Source: a virus. Taken from it: DNA of 64,000 bases. Positions 11,130 through 20,294 of this stretch are shown one piece after another; position 1 is the first letter of the stretch; the number at the start of each line of letters is the position of its first letter. The translations under genes were made by a program, and so were the position numbers. The stretch covers positions 10,116 through 74,115 of IMG/VR virus record IMGVR_UViG_3300036390_000001; one strand, written 5' to 3'. The notes below the pieces were generated by a model, which was not told the DNA's origin, made no database searches, and saw nothing but the letters and a program-made list of their open reading frames with translations.

Positions 11130-11370
11130 AACCGCAAAAATCGGCTTTCACGGAACTATTGAGCAAGCCATCGACAGGATTAACGCAGAAAAGCAGTCCG
11201 GTAGATGGGAACTAGCTGGTTACGATATTTTTGAAAAAGCCAAGACTGTGGGAAGTGACAACACCTTCAAAGCCAAAGCGTTTGTCATGTGTTATTACAA
11301 GTCACATGACGGCGCCGCGCTTAATCTCACCTACGAGATTTGCGATTGGGATTTCGATGACGAAAAATAA
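11119..11370 (+). CDS. Hypothetical protein
   Basis: ORF overlapping the upstream gene. Confidence 0.55.
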   Translation: MKLETAKIGFHGTIEQAIDRINAEKQSGRWELAGYDIFEKAKTVGSDNTFKAKAFVMCYYKSHDGAALNLTYEICDWDFDDEK

Positions 11371-11458
11371 GGCGCGACCAGCGAGGAGTAAACAATCTCG
11401 TCATTCGCGCCAGACGTATTGCGAGCGCGACTTTTTGAGACTTATATTGATTGCATAA

Positions 11459-11688
11459 GGCGAAAGAGGACAAGGTTTTAACCTTGCTTTGAACTGAAAA
11501 AGCTGTCCCAATCAAGCAAGTTTAAGTACGTTGACCTTGTTGGAACAAGGCAGCAAGTAAGCGGAGTGCTGAATTAACAGCTAATCCCAAGCCCCCTGGT
11601 AAGGGTAGCATCCCGCGAACCTGGGCGCGATAGAGAAATTGTACAGAGCCGTTTGCACCACATTGTGGGAGGTGCCGAAGTCCTTTTC
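11459..11688 (+). ncRNA. Candidate structured RNA (~230 nt), family unknown
   Basis: Intergenic; closing helix AAGAGGAC/GTCCTTTT; several hairpins; long-range GTAAGCGG/CCGTTTGC pairing; TATATT -10 upstream. Confidence 0.5.
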
Positions 11689-11725
11689 TTCCAGGTTTTA
11701 ATAAACAACTTAAGAGGATTTAATT

Positions 11726-11923
11726 ATGTTAGGCTCTGTTGCTTTTGGCGATAATTTGAACGAGTGGACTAAAGAAGAGCAAATTAAGTGGTATGACGAG
11801 TTGATGGAAGTGTTAGCTAAAAATGAAAACCCTGCGCCACCTTTGACAGATGAGGAATTTTTCGCAAGGCAAGATGCAATAATTGATGAGTTAAACGCAG
11901 AATGCGGCTTTGACGAAACTTAA
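11726..11923 (+). CDS. Small acidic hypothetical protein
   Basis: GAGGA RBS; 65 aa, strongly acidic. Confidence 0.6.
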   Translation: MLGSVAFGDNLNEWTKEEQIKWYDELMEVLAKNENPAPPLTDEEFFARQDAIIDELNAECGFDET

Positions 11924-11980
11924 TAGCTAGAATAGGATTGCGACGAACTGGAAATTTGCTTCATCCCTCGTGGGATAAGC

Positions 11981-12022
11981 CGAGGCGCCTGCTGACAACA
12001 AAATTAGCAGGCGCCTCGTTTT
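11981..12022. terminator. Intrinsic terminator
   Basis: CGAGGCGCCTGCTGA...TTAGCAGGCGCCTCG followed by TTTT. Confidence 0.75.
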
Positions 12023-12073
12023 GGCTTGGACACCTTCGCATCCGAAGGTGGAGGCGCCAGGAATTATGAACAC

Positions 12074-12550
12074 ATGCCAAAAACACTCACATTATCTCTT
12101 GATGCCTACAATGTACCCATCTCCGTATTCAGCGATGGCAATGGATACGAGCGCACGCTTGCGGATACAGGCGCCACCGAATACTCAATTTGGGGCACAC
12201 CTTTAGACTCGGGACCATATTTTGAGCCAAAACACATTTGGACTATTTCGTGTTATTTGACAAAGCAGGAGTGGCTGACGTTGAAAGCTATTTTCGCGCT
12301 TAGTGATAAGAGGCGCCGCGCACAGCAAAATTACCGCATTACACTACACGACTATATTCAAGAATTTTTAGAGGACGGTGTACCAACGCGCGGTATTGCG
12401 CCTGGTGGAAGCGCTTATACTGTTGGGAGTAGCAGCTATTATCCGGCGTCGTTTTATGCGCGGATGTTTGAGCCAAAATATAATTTACAAGCGGGACTGC
12501 GCCCTTACTTTACAAGTTTTGTATTGAGAGAATTAGATAAATTTGTATAA
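12074..12550 (+). CDS. Putative distal tail / minor tail protein
   Basis: Beta-rich ~158 aa protein downstream of the TMP; ATG at 12074 follows the AGGAATTAT motif. Confidence 0.55.
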   Translation: MPKTLTLSLDAYNVPISVFSDGNGYERTLADTGATEYSIWGTPLDSGPYFEPKHIWTISCYLTKQEWLTLKAIFALSDKRRRAQQNYRITLHDYIQEFLEDGVPTRGIAPGGSAYTVGSSSYYPASFYARMFEPKYNLQAGLRPYFTSFVLRELDKFV

Positions 12551-12570
12551 TACAAGTAGTATATTTAAAC

Positions 12571-12729
12571 GCGCACATGATGGAAGCTGCCTAGCCCTTA
12601 GATGGGTAATCACCTAACATTGTGGCTTCATGCCAGATGTTAGCTCTGTATAGGCAGATAGTAGACAAAGGGTGGAACCGGGAGTCGTCCGACTAGAACT
12701 CCGTCCTCGTGCAAGTCGAGGTGTGCGCT
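12571..12729 (+). ncRNA. tRNA-like ncRNA, copy 1
   Basis: Acceptor GCGCACA/TGTGCGC; T-arm CCTCG-TGCAAGT-CGAGG; paralogue at 51973 with compensatory changes; -10 box upstream. Confidence 0.75.
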
Positions 12730-13053
12730 TTATCTAACCATCCAATCGACACTAGCACTACTGGCGCCCAGCGGCATTGTACCGCTAACCCTATCACCAA
12801 GCTTGACCAGCCCGTTCGACACAGTACGCGCGCGCACCACACTACCGCTACTTAATTGAATAAGCGCTTCTCCAGTTTTGCTATCAAATCCCGCATAAGT
12901 CCCTGTAAACTCGCGCGATAAATCTGATTTTTCCTGCGCTTCTACAATCCGTTGGGTGTAAATTGCTCGACTAGTAAGCGCGCGTTTCTCTGCGAGGCAA
13001 GAGGCGCCGCGCGGACAATTATTGTCATTACATCGACCAAGTGGACAAATCAC
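12730..13053 (-). CDS. Putative tail-tip-associated protein
   Basis: Last gene of the minus-strand tail operon; similar to the N-terminus of 13050-14315 (Y.GF...G....L..G......SNGL). Confidence 0.55.
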   Translation of the reverse strand: MICPLGRCNDNNCPRGASCLAEKRALTSRAIYTQRIVEAQEKSDLSREFTGTYAGFDSKTGEALIQLSSGSVVRARTVSNGLVKLGDRVSGTMPLGASSASVDWMVR

Positions 13054-14315
13054 AATATTTCAACCCAATCATATTTATTTATTTCATTGGCAAGCTCAAT
13101 CGAATCTTCATTGGCAAGCAAAAAATTAAATATAAGGTCATTGCGCCTATTTTCATCAAGCTTAAATAATGGCATTGCATAGGATTTTCTTACTGAATCA
13201 ATAAAGCGAAAATTCGCGCAAGCTACTAAAAATATCGGCATGTCTTCCAAAGCCAAATCTGTAAAAAAGCTGGGGCGAAGATGCATCAATACCCTATTAC
13301 TAGAAAAACTCGTAGCTGGAGGTAAGTAAGCGATGTTGCTATTTAGCGAATAGATTTCGTAAGTATTAATACATTGTATTATTCCACCATTACTTAAATC
13401 AGGCGCGCTTGGAATCAAAAGCTTGCCGTCTTCGCTTATCCTTCCGGCGCCAACTATTTCAACGTTATATTGCCGCTGAAACCCCGACTCTTTATAAGCT
13501 TGAACCGCCATCCATATTAAAGCCGATTTACATTTTTTTATTTGCTCAACATTCTGTTGACTAAACAAATTTTCGCATTTCTCTCTTTTTAAATCATTAA
13601 GAGAAATATTTTTCATAAAATCAGTTACATCTACGGTCGGGCTATTTATCAGCGCGTTATCCACCCCAATGTTATTGTATCTAAACACTGGTAAATTCAG
13701 CCTTTTAGATAAAAACCTAGGCTGACAAAAGCTGATGTATGGCTTTTTGTTTTCTGAATTCTTAAACTTTATTTCAAATTTATTACCACTTTCCTGAATC
13801 TCGCCTGATATATTGGTGAAACACGGGATATGATTTTCTGTTTGATATAAAGAGCCAATAATTTCTTCTCTATCCACCAAAAGCGTAACTTGTCTAGATT
13901 TGCTTATTTCTTTAATATATCTCCCTACTCTTGAAAGTGAATATTTTTGACTCGACGCTGATTTTATGAGCAATTGAACCGCATCAAAATTTTCTTCAAA
14001 GCTCAATACTTCTGCTATTATCTTGTCGAATTGTTCAATCTGTTCAATTTGTTCTATCTCCACTCTGGGCATAAAATCTGCCACGCCACCACTGACAGAT
14101 ATTTCTCGCCCTGGCACAATCAATCCATTGCTAATAGGTTTTAATATCTTTATGCCATTTAGCTGATTAACAATAACTCCGCCATCAACTTGAAAGCCTT
14201 GATATTGAGCAGCGCGCGGCGCCGTATCAAGCAACTTTTGCTGCTTAACGACGCGCTGAACTTGGCGAAATCTTCCTTCACTAAGGCGCTTACGGAGTAG
14301 CTCTTCGGGCGTCAT
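13050..14315 (-). CDS. Putative tail / receptor-binding protein
   Basis: In the tail operon; N-terminus shared with its neighbour, AT-rich C-terminus. Confidence 0.55.
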   Translation of the reverse strand: MTPEELLRKRLSEGRFRQVQRVVKQQKLLDTAPRAAQYQGFQVDGGVIVNQLNGIKILKPISNGLIVPGREISVSGGVADFMPRVEIEQIEQIEQFDKIIAEVLSFEENFDAVQLLIKSASSQKYSLSRVGRYIKEISKSRQVTLLVDREEIIGSLYQTENHIPCFTNISGEIQESGNKFEIKFKNSENKKPYISFCQPRFLSKRLNLPVFRYNNIGVDNALINSPTVDVTDFMKNISLNDLKREKCENLFSQQNVEQIKKCKSALIWMAVQAYKESGFQRQYNVEIVGAGRISEDGKLLIPSAPDLSNGGIIQCINTYEIYSLNSNIAYLPPATSFSSNRVLMHLRPSFFTDLALEDMPIFLVACANFRFIDSVRKSYAMPLFKLDENRRNDLIFNFLLANEDSIELANEINKYDWVEIL

Positions 14316-15046
14316 GTTCCGGCGCCGACACCAAAGCCGGCTGCATTGGCAATAAAGAAATTAAAGCTTCTTGGCGCATTTGCGGCGAGAGTTTCAATGC
14401 TGTCCTCTCTTCTATAACCAACGAGGCGCCCACGAGCGTATCTTAGTTGAAGCGATGAGCCTGCTGCGGATAAATCAAGCGCGACTCGGTTCGGGTCGCC
14501 TGGTGGGAGCGCTGATATTTGAAACTCAGTTGAGCTGAGAGATGCGAACATATAATATATTACGCTTGCATCCAGTCCCGTTGGCGCTGTACCACTTATG
14601 CCAGGGGTAATCATTAGTTCTTCGTCCTGTGATAATCCATGCGCGTCGCTTGTTGTAAAAGTCGCTGGGGTTCCAGGCGTAATTACTACAGGTTTGTTAC
14701 TTTCAGCGCGCGAGTCAGCGATTAAAACTACGGAATTGTACTGTACCGCCTCCGGGTAAGAGACAGTCCAGGTCACAACGGGCATTTGCCAGCGCTTGTT
14801 GGCGCCGTCGTAGATTGCCTCTGTCGCGAAGGGCGCGTTGAAACGGTTGTAATTATTTGTAGTCGTTTTTTCAATCTCGGCAGCAATTACAGACGCTTTG
14901 CTGCTGACATCTGTAATGTTGCCGTTACATAACAAGGCATAGAAATTGGCGCGGTCGGGGAGAGTGCGCGGGGCGCTGGAACTATTTGTAAAAATCGCTT
15001 CGATTTCGTATTCGAGCCAGCTTCTGAATTTTAGATTTGTTGGCAT
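14312..15046 (-). CDS. Putative virion structural (tail) protein
   Basis: Operon context; AHGL...YY...S.TEFQIS motif seen in phage tail proteins. Confidence 0.6.
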   Translation of the reverse strand: MPTNLKFRSWLEYEIEAIFTNSSSAPRTLPDRANFYALLCNGNITDVSSKASVIAAEIEKTTTNNYNRFNAPFATEAIYDGANKRWQMPVVTWTVSYPEAVQYNSVVLIADSRAESNKPVVITPGTPATFTTSDAHGLSQDEELMITPGISGTAPTGLDASVIYYMFASLSSTEFQISALPPGDPNRVALDLSAAGSSLQLRYARGRLVGYRREDSIETLAANAPRSFNFFIANAAGFGVGAGT

Positions 15047-15077
15047 ATTAATTTCAGATAAATTAACAAATTATACA

Positions 15078-15743
15078 TTACTGTGCGCGTAACCAAATTG
15101 CAGGCACGACACCAGCCGTTACAGAAACAAAAGATAGTGAATTTGGCAAAGGAGCATAAGCGACGTTAGCAGAAAAATGCATCCCAGTATTAGCGGTTAA
15201 ATTAGAGCCTGCAACCGTCGCATTTCCAAACAGGAAATTCTTTTGTGTAGTGTCAAAAGCGAAAATTGTAGTATTCGCATTAACATGTGAAGCTAGCCCA
15301 TACCAACCAGGTGAAAGCAGAATTCCGCCGAAGAAAGAAAAAGTTTTTGCGCCTGTGGTACTTACGCTTATTTCGCCCTGTGTCAATAATGAAAACTGAC
15401 CAGGTGACCCCATTTTGTAAACACCCAAAGACATCAACGAACCGGCGACAGAAACATTAGCATTTAATTCAGAAAAACCAGAAGCCCTTGGACACCAAAA
15501 AGGGGTAACTGCTAAATTTCGAGTTCCGACAGTAAAGGCATACGTGGAACTCGTATCAGATGCGTAATGCGGTAAGTACAGGCGCCCGCTTATGAAGCCA
15601 GGGTGAGGTATGCCAACCGCTTCAGCAATTGAAGCGACCACAATTTTTTTTTGTTCGCTGACACCGGTATCCCAGACAGGGAAAAAATCGCTACTATCAA
15701 CCCTTGATTTAACCAAAGTGTCGTTAATAGTTACATTTGTCAT
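15078..15743 (-). CDS. Putative tail fibre / minor structural protein
   Basis: Beta-rich, S/T/G/A-rich; operon context. Confidence 0.55.
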   Translation of the reverse strand: MTNVTINDTLVKSRVDSSDFFPVWDTGVSEQKKIVVASIAEAVGIPHPGFISGRLYLPHYASDTSSTYAFTVGTRNLAVTPFWCPRASGFSELNANVSVAGSLMSLGVYKMGSPGQFSLLTQGEISVSTTGAKTFSFFGGILLSPGWYGLASHVNANTTIFAFDTTQKNFLFGNATVAGSNLTANTGMHFSANVAYAPLPNSLSFVSVTAGVVPAIWLRAQ

Positions 15744-18700
15744 TTATGTTATCCTCCCTAAATACATTTGAAGCTTAAGTACGATGTTTTCAAGTAACCT
15801 AATTTCTGAGGCGTTCAATCCTTTGCCAATCGACAAGAAAGAAATTAGTCCAGGTAAATATCTGGTATGTCCATCTAGGAAGCCGCCCGCAAAAACAGGC
15901 ATCTCTCGATTAAGAGTTAAGCCTGCTGGCGTAAAATTTTGCGTCCTTTCTATTCCGATAAAACGGGCATATGCAATTCCAGACAAAGCAGAGCCACAAA
16001 GGAACCCAGGCTGCGAATAAAATTTCGCTATCGACACAAGCGCCGAATCCCCAACGGCAAAAGACAAGGAAGAAGAATTGCGAAGAAAAATCCTCTGTGT
16101 TCCTGTACTTGTAAGCCCAGTGTAGTAGCCGTCAACAGTCGAACCTCTTTCTATTTGCGGCGCCCAAGCCGAAATATGGAAATTGTTATCTGTCAGTCCA
16201 TTACTAACAGGCAAAAAACCTGTGCCTAACCTTTTGTTTAATCCATTCCCCCTTAACCCAGAAAATCTTGTGTAATCAGATTCTACAAAATTAAAATTAG
16301 TCAGCAAATTTTGAGAAGTAGAAGTTTTTAGCTTCACCCGCGCGCTTGCCAAATTGTTACCAGCAAAAGGATAAATCTCTAAGCATCTATTCCAAAGATT
16401 AGCTGCTTTCATTTCTTGAATAAAAGCATTGATTCCAATCAAATCGCCGCGCGCAATACTTCCACCATTGGCAATGATATTTTGCTGATAAAATATTGAC
16501 TCCCACTCAAGCGCCAAGTGCTTCATGTCAGGCATGAAAGCCGTCCATCGCGCGCCGTTACTACTTACTAAAAGCGCATCGCCAGCATGAGTCACTAATT
16601 CAGAATTGTATGTTTCGCTATCTATCCCAGACATTGAGCCTAATTCAATATCAATGCGAGGTGCCTGCTCAACGTCGAACCCGGAGACGGCGCCCAAATC
16701 AACCGAAGCATCAAAGCTATCAACATCAATTTTTAATTCTTGGAAAGAACCAAGCTGAACATTGAAGAAACCTGGGATGTCGGCATTGAACCCTGAGCTA
16801 GATTCAAGCTCAACAACGACATCAAAATTATTAATTCCAATATCAACACTAGAAGCGGACTGTAGGTTTATATAAAATTCCGGCGCCTGCTCAATTTCAA
16901 ATCCGGAAACACTACCAAGCTCAACAACAATATCAAAATCATCAACATTAACATCAACACCAGAAGTTGAACCTAATTGGATGCCTTCTGCCGCTAAAAC
17001 AAATATCCCAGAGGCGCTGTTAAGCGAAATGTTTATTGGAGTTGTTAATGCAAAGCCGGAAGTTGAGCCAAGTTGAACATCACAAATATCGGCATCTGTT
17101 AGCATCAAGAAGCTAGAAACAGAGCCTAACTCAATATCAAAAATATCGGCTTCTGTTAATATCCCAAAACCAGACTGACTAAAAAAACCTGCCTCAACAA
17201 AACTCAACTCAATCGAATAAGGAAACGCCTCGGATTCTAGTATCGATAACGAATCAAGTTCGACATCAAACACTTGAGAATAAGGTGGCACTAAATAATC
17301 GTACTGCTGCTCAGGCGCAATCCCCGCAGGCACCGAACCACACCAAATCCCATCAAAAGCCAGTGCCAATCGATTATTTACAAAAGCAATACTCAACCCA
17401 TCGACCATAAACAAATACGAGGCACCGCTTAAATCCTTCCACCAACAACCAACCAAAGGCGCCGCATTAAACCACTCATCGCCAACTGCGATACTACAAC
17501 TTTGTCCTTTATGGCGCCCCCACAAAATGGCGCCTTCAATCAGCCCTAACTCGCGCGCTTGTTGTTCGGAAGTTAACAACCCGCCATCAATTACTATTTC
17601 TTTCTCGCGCGGGCGGAATTGAGGATTGCCAAATAGAGCGGGCAAGCGTACTTCAACTTTTATCTGCTTTTCGATTACTTCATGCGTTGGTGGGAAGCGC
17701 TCAGGCGCCGGAGGGGTCGCTTGTCCGCTGTTGCTAACAATGGTGCGCGCGCTTCGCTCAACTAAAACTAATTTACTCGCCAAACTAATAACAACATTAG
17801 AATCAGTTGGTTCAACCAAAGAAGGGCTAACTATAGCCAAGCATTCAAAATTCGTTTCTTTGAATTCCCACTCCTCTTTGCGCTTCTCTCTCCACTGTTG
17901 CCGTTGGCGCTTTGCAGGGTAATGCGTCAGCGGGAAATTAGCATAGCTTTCGTTGGGTAAAATCTGCCCAACTGGGCGCGTTGTTTCGTTTACTATGCGC
18001 GGGATAATCGTTATTTTCTTAGTATCTTTATCCTCTTTCTGCTCGTAGCTGTAATCAATAATATTTGCTTCATCCAACCAAAAAACAAGCCCGCCACCAA
18101 TATCTGAAGGTTCAATTCCTTTCTCTTCAAGATAATCTCGAAGCACAACCACGAACGGGCGATAAATCTCAATTCCGTGCCTGCTCAATTTACCTTCGTC
18201 CGGTTCTTGGCAATTGTCCAGGGTGGCGCCTTGCGTTACTGTTCCAGTGTCAGTGGTTCCGGGAAGCTCATAATCTTTAATTTCTAATTTGTACGAAGAG
18301 TCCCAAAGCTGAGTATCTCCCTTCTTTCCTCTAGGGTCAATTATTCCAAGCGGTTCCTCTATAAAAGTTTCTATTTTTATTTGTCGGCTGAAGCGCTCAA
18401 TTTTCTCAATAGTCTTAGTCCTGCGAAGTAATATCACGCTTAGACTATTACTTTCAGGATTTACAGCAGAAACCGGGCCATATTCCTCTTCTATTGTTAC
18501 GGTTGGCTCAACTTCTTTTTTAGTTGACAATACGCCCGACACTTTTATCAATTCAACCGGAGATTCGGCGCCTGCCAACCGCTCATAGCGCGCGTCGTCA
18601 ATACCAACCTGCAAAGATTTAATTGCAGCAGGCGCCTTGCTGACTTTGCGAGTGCGTATCATCCCTAAATTATCTTGATACGCTACGAAGCAATTCACCC

Positions 18701-19346
18701 AGCACAACTTACCAAATAGCTGAATGTAGGATTCATTGCTAAGTTTAGGTAACGGCACTCTTAAAGGCGCGCCGTTTAAACTACCTGCCCATTTACCAGA
18801 GGCGCCTGCCTTATTGAGTAACTTGACCGCAATTTCATTTAATCCAACACTTTCACCCAAATCAAAACAGGCGCCATCACCTGCGGGAGTGCGGAAGTTT
18901 AATAAGTTTAAAATGCATCCAGCCTCTATTTTTAGCTGGGATATCCCATCAAATTCTGCTTTCAATATATATAGATATCCGAGAACAGGCGCCGATTGAA
19001 GAGGGACAAGGGAGGCAGGAAGGTTGGCGGACAAGGAAGAATTTTCTGCCTTGTCTTCTTGTCCTCCTGTCTTCCTAGTCTCTCCCAATGGCGCCGCCAC
19101 TAATTCACTCGAAAAATTAGCTATATATAGATTAATTAAATTGCCACGCGCCCACCTAGGGTTACTGCGGTCGTCTAAATTCTCGGTAAAATCAAGCGCG
19201 CGCCCTAGCACAAAAGACGCATTTATTAATATCAACCCTGTGCTGTCGTAGTGAGAAAATCCCCCATCAACGCTTTTTAACGCCTTGGTACAATCCAAGC
19301 CGTTTACCACTAATTGATAATTGCGCGCGCTGATATTTACAGCCAT
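15744..19346 (-). CDS. Large tail tip / baseplate-hub-like protein with internal repeats
   Basis: ~1200 aa; ~19-aa LGSxSGF repeats; C-terminal beta domain; probable start MAVNISARNY at 19346. Confidence 0.65.
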   Translation of the reverse strand: MAVNISARNYQLVVNGLDCTKALKSVDGGFSHYDSTGLILINASFVLGRALDFTENLDDRSNPRWARGNLINLYIANFSSELVAAPLGETRKTGGQEDKAENSSLSANLPASLVPLQSAPVLGYLYILKAEFDGISQLKIEAGCILNLLNFRTPAGDGACFDLGESVGLNEIAVKLLNKAGASGKWAGSLNGAPLRVPLPKLSNESYIQLFGKLCWVNCFVAYQDNLGMIRTRKVSKAPAAIKSLQVGIDDARYERLAGAESPVELIKVSGVLSTKKEVEPTVTIEEEYGPVSAVNPESNSLSVILLRRTKTIEKIERFSRQIKIETFIEEPLGIIDPRGKKGDTQLWDSSYKLEIKDYELPGTTDTGTVTQGATLDNCQEPDEGKLSRHGIEIYRPFVVVLRDYLEEKGIEPSDIGGGLVFWLDEANIIDYSYEQKEDKDTKKITIIPRIVNETTRPVGQILPNESYANFPLTHYPAKRQRQQWREKRKEEWEFKETNFECLAIVSPSLVEPTDSNVVISLASKLVLVERSARTIVSNSGQATPPAPERFPPTHEVIEKQIKVEVRLPALFGNPQFRPREKEIVIDGGLLTSEQQARELGLIEGAILWGRHKGQSCSIAVGDEWFNAAPLVGCWWKDLSGASYLFMVDGLSIAFVNNRLALAFDGIWCGSVPAGIAPEQQYDYLVPPYSQVFDVELDSLSILESEAFPYSIELSFVEAGFFSQSGFGILTEADIFDIELGSVSSFLMLTDADICDVQLGSTSGFALTTPINISLNSASGIFVLAAEGIQLGSTSGVDVNVDDFDIVVELGSVSGFEIEQAPEFYINLQSASSVDIGINNFDVVVELESSSGFNADIPGFFNVQLGSFQELKIDVDSFDASVDLGAVSGFDVEQAPRIDIELGSMSGIDSETYNSELVTHAGDALLVSSNGARWTAFMPDMKHLALEWESIFYQQNIIANGGSIARGDLIGINAFIQEMKAANLWNRCLEIYPFAGNNLASARVKLKTSTSQNLLTNFNFVESDYTRFSGLRGNGLNKRLGTGFLPVSNGLTDNNFHISAWAPQIERGSTVDGYYTGLTSTGTQRIFLRNSSSLSFAVGDSALVSIAKFYSQPGFLCGSALSGIAYARFIGIERTQNFTPAGLTLNREMPVFAGGFLDGHTRYLPGLISFLSIGKGLNASEIRLLENIVLKLQMYLGRIT
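18988..19095. mobile_element. Mini inverted-repeat element inserted in frame in the tail gene
   Basis: GACAAG/CTTGTC unit arms; flanking GGCGCC direct repeats 102 bp apart; adds 34 aa. Confidence 0.75.
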
Positions 19347-19397
19347 TCGTCCATTGGGAATTACAAACATTGTCGTGATGACAAATAACTATACCTC

Positions 19398-20120
19398 ATG
19401 GATGACATTTTAGATACACCAAAGCAGTATTCCGAAGAAGAAATTCAAAAAATACTAAATACTGCCAAGGCAACGCGCAAGGAAAGAGACGAAGTAGCAA
19501 ATAAAGCCAAGGAGCTAGAAAGCAAAGTTTCAGAGCTTTCTAAAAACCTCGAACAAATCAAAGGTATTGACCCAGCAAAATTCAAAGAATACGAACAGCT
19601 TGCTGCTAGCTACGAAGAGCGCAAGCTTGAAGAACAAAGAAACTTTGAAGAATTAAAGCAGCGCTGGACGGGCGAAAGAACTTCGTTCACTCAACAGATT
19701 CAAGAGCTACAATCGCAACTTCAAAATACCCAAGTTGTTAATGCTTTAGAAAAAGCTTTTTATAGCTGTGGTGGACGCGCGGGTAAAGATGAAGATGGCT
19801 ATAGCTACTTCGATTTAATTCAAGAGCGCGCTAAAAATTATGTGCAATTAGATGAAAAAGGGCGCCTTGTGGTCTTAGACCCGCGCGATAAAACACCAAT
19901 GCGCGACCCCAAAGGCAACCCCTACAGCGTTGAAGACTTGATGCTCAAGCTTCGCGCTGGTGGACCAACCGCTGCATTATTTGAAAGTGATAAAGGCGCC
20001 GGAGGTGGTATGCAGCGAAGCGCTCAGTACAACTCAGTAAATGCGACGCGCGAATCTTTGATGCAAATGGGCAACCGCGCGGAGAGATTAGCTAAAGCGC
20101 GCGAGCTTGGCATTCAATAA
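19398..20120 (+). CDS. Capsid scaffolding protein
   Basis: Coiled-coil ending LFES..GAGGG; directly upstream of the major capsid gene. Confidence 0.75.
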   Translation: MDDILDTPKQYSEEEIQKILNTAKATRKERDEVANKAKELESKVSELSKNLEQIKGIDPAKFKEYEQLAASYEERKLEEQRNFEELKQRWTGERTSFTQQIQELQSQLQNTQVVNALEKAFYSCGGRAGKDEDGYSYFDLIQERAKNYVQLDEKGRLVVLDPRDKTPMRDPKGNPYSVEDLMLKLRAGGPTAALFESDKGAGGGMQRSAQYNSVNATRESLMQMGNRAERLAKARELGIQ

Positions 20121-20294
20121 AACCTTCGGATACGAAGGTCATGGGAATAAAGAAAAAGAAAGAAGGTAAAGTGTCCAAAAATTACTGCACTTTTACCTTC
20201 TTTCATTTTTTAAAAATCGCACCAACCAGTGTGACGCTGGTTTGAATAGGCGTGATGCCAGAGCGATGTAAAAACTACAACATCGTAAACAATC

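Noticed and set aside
11645-11680. Group II intron domain V or RNase P RNA
   Set aside because: Only short similarity (GAGCCG, ACAGA); no full domain V helix, no GGAAAGTCC, and no reverse transcriptase gene
12571-12729. Canonical tRNA-Leu, tRNA-Sec or tmRNA
   Set aside because: Too long for a tRNA, no anticodon arm at the canonical position, T-loop is TGC rather than TTC, and no tag reading frame
12560-19390. Recombinase-driven invertible tail segment
   Set aside because: The orientation is unusual, but I found no inverted repeats at the boundaries, and a separate promoter-like motif can explain it
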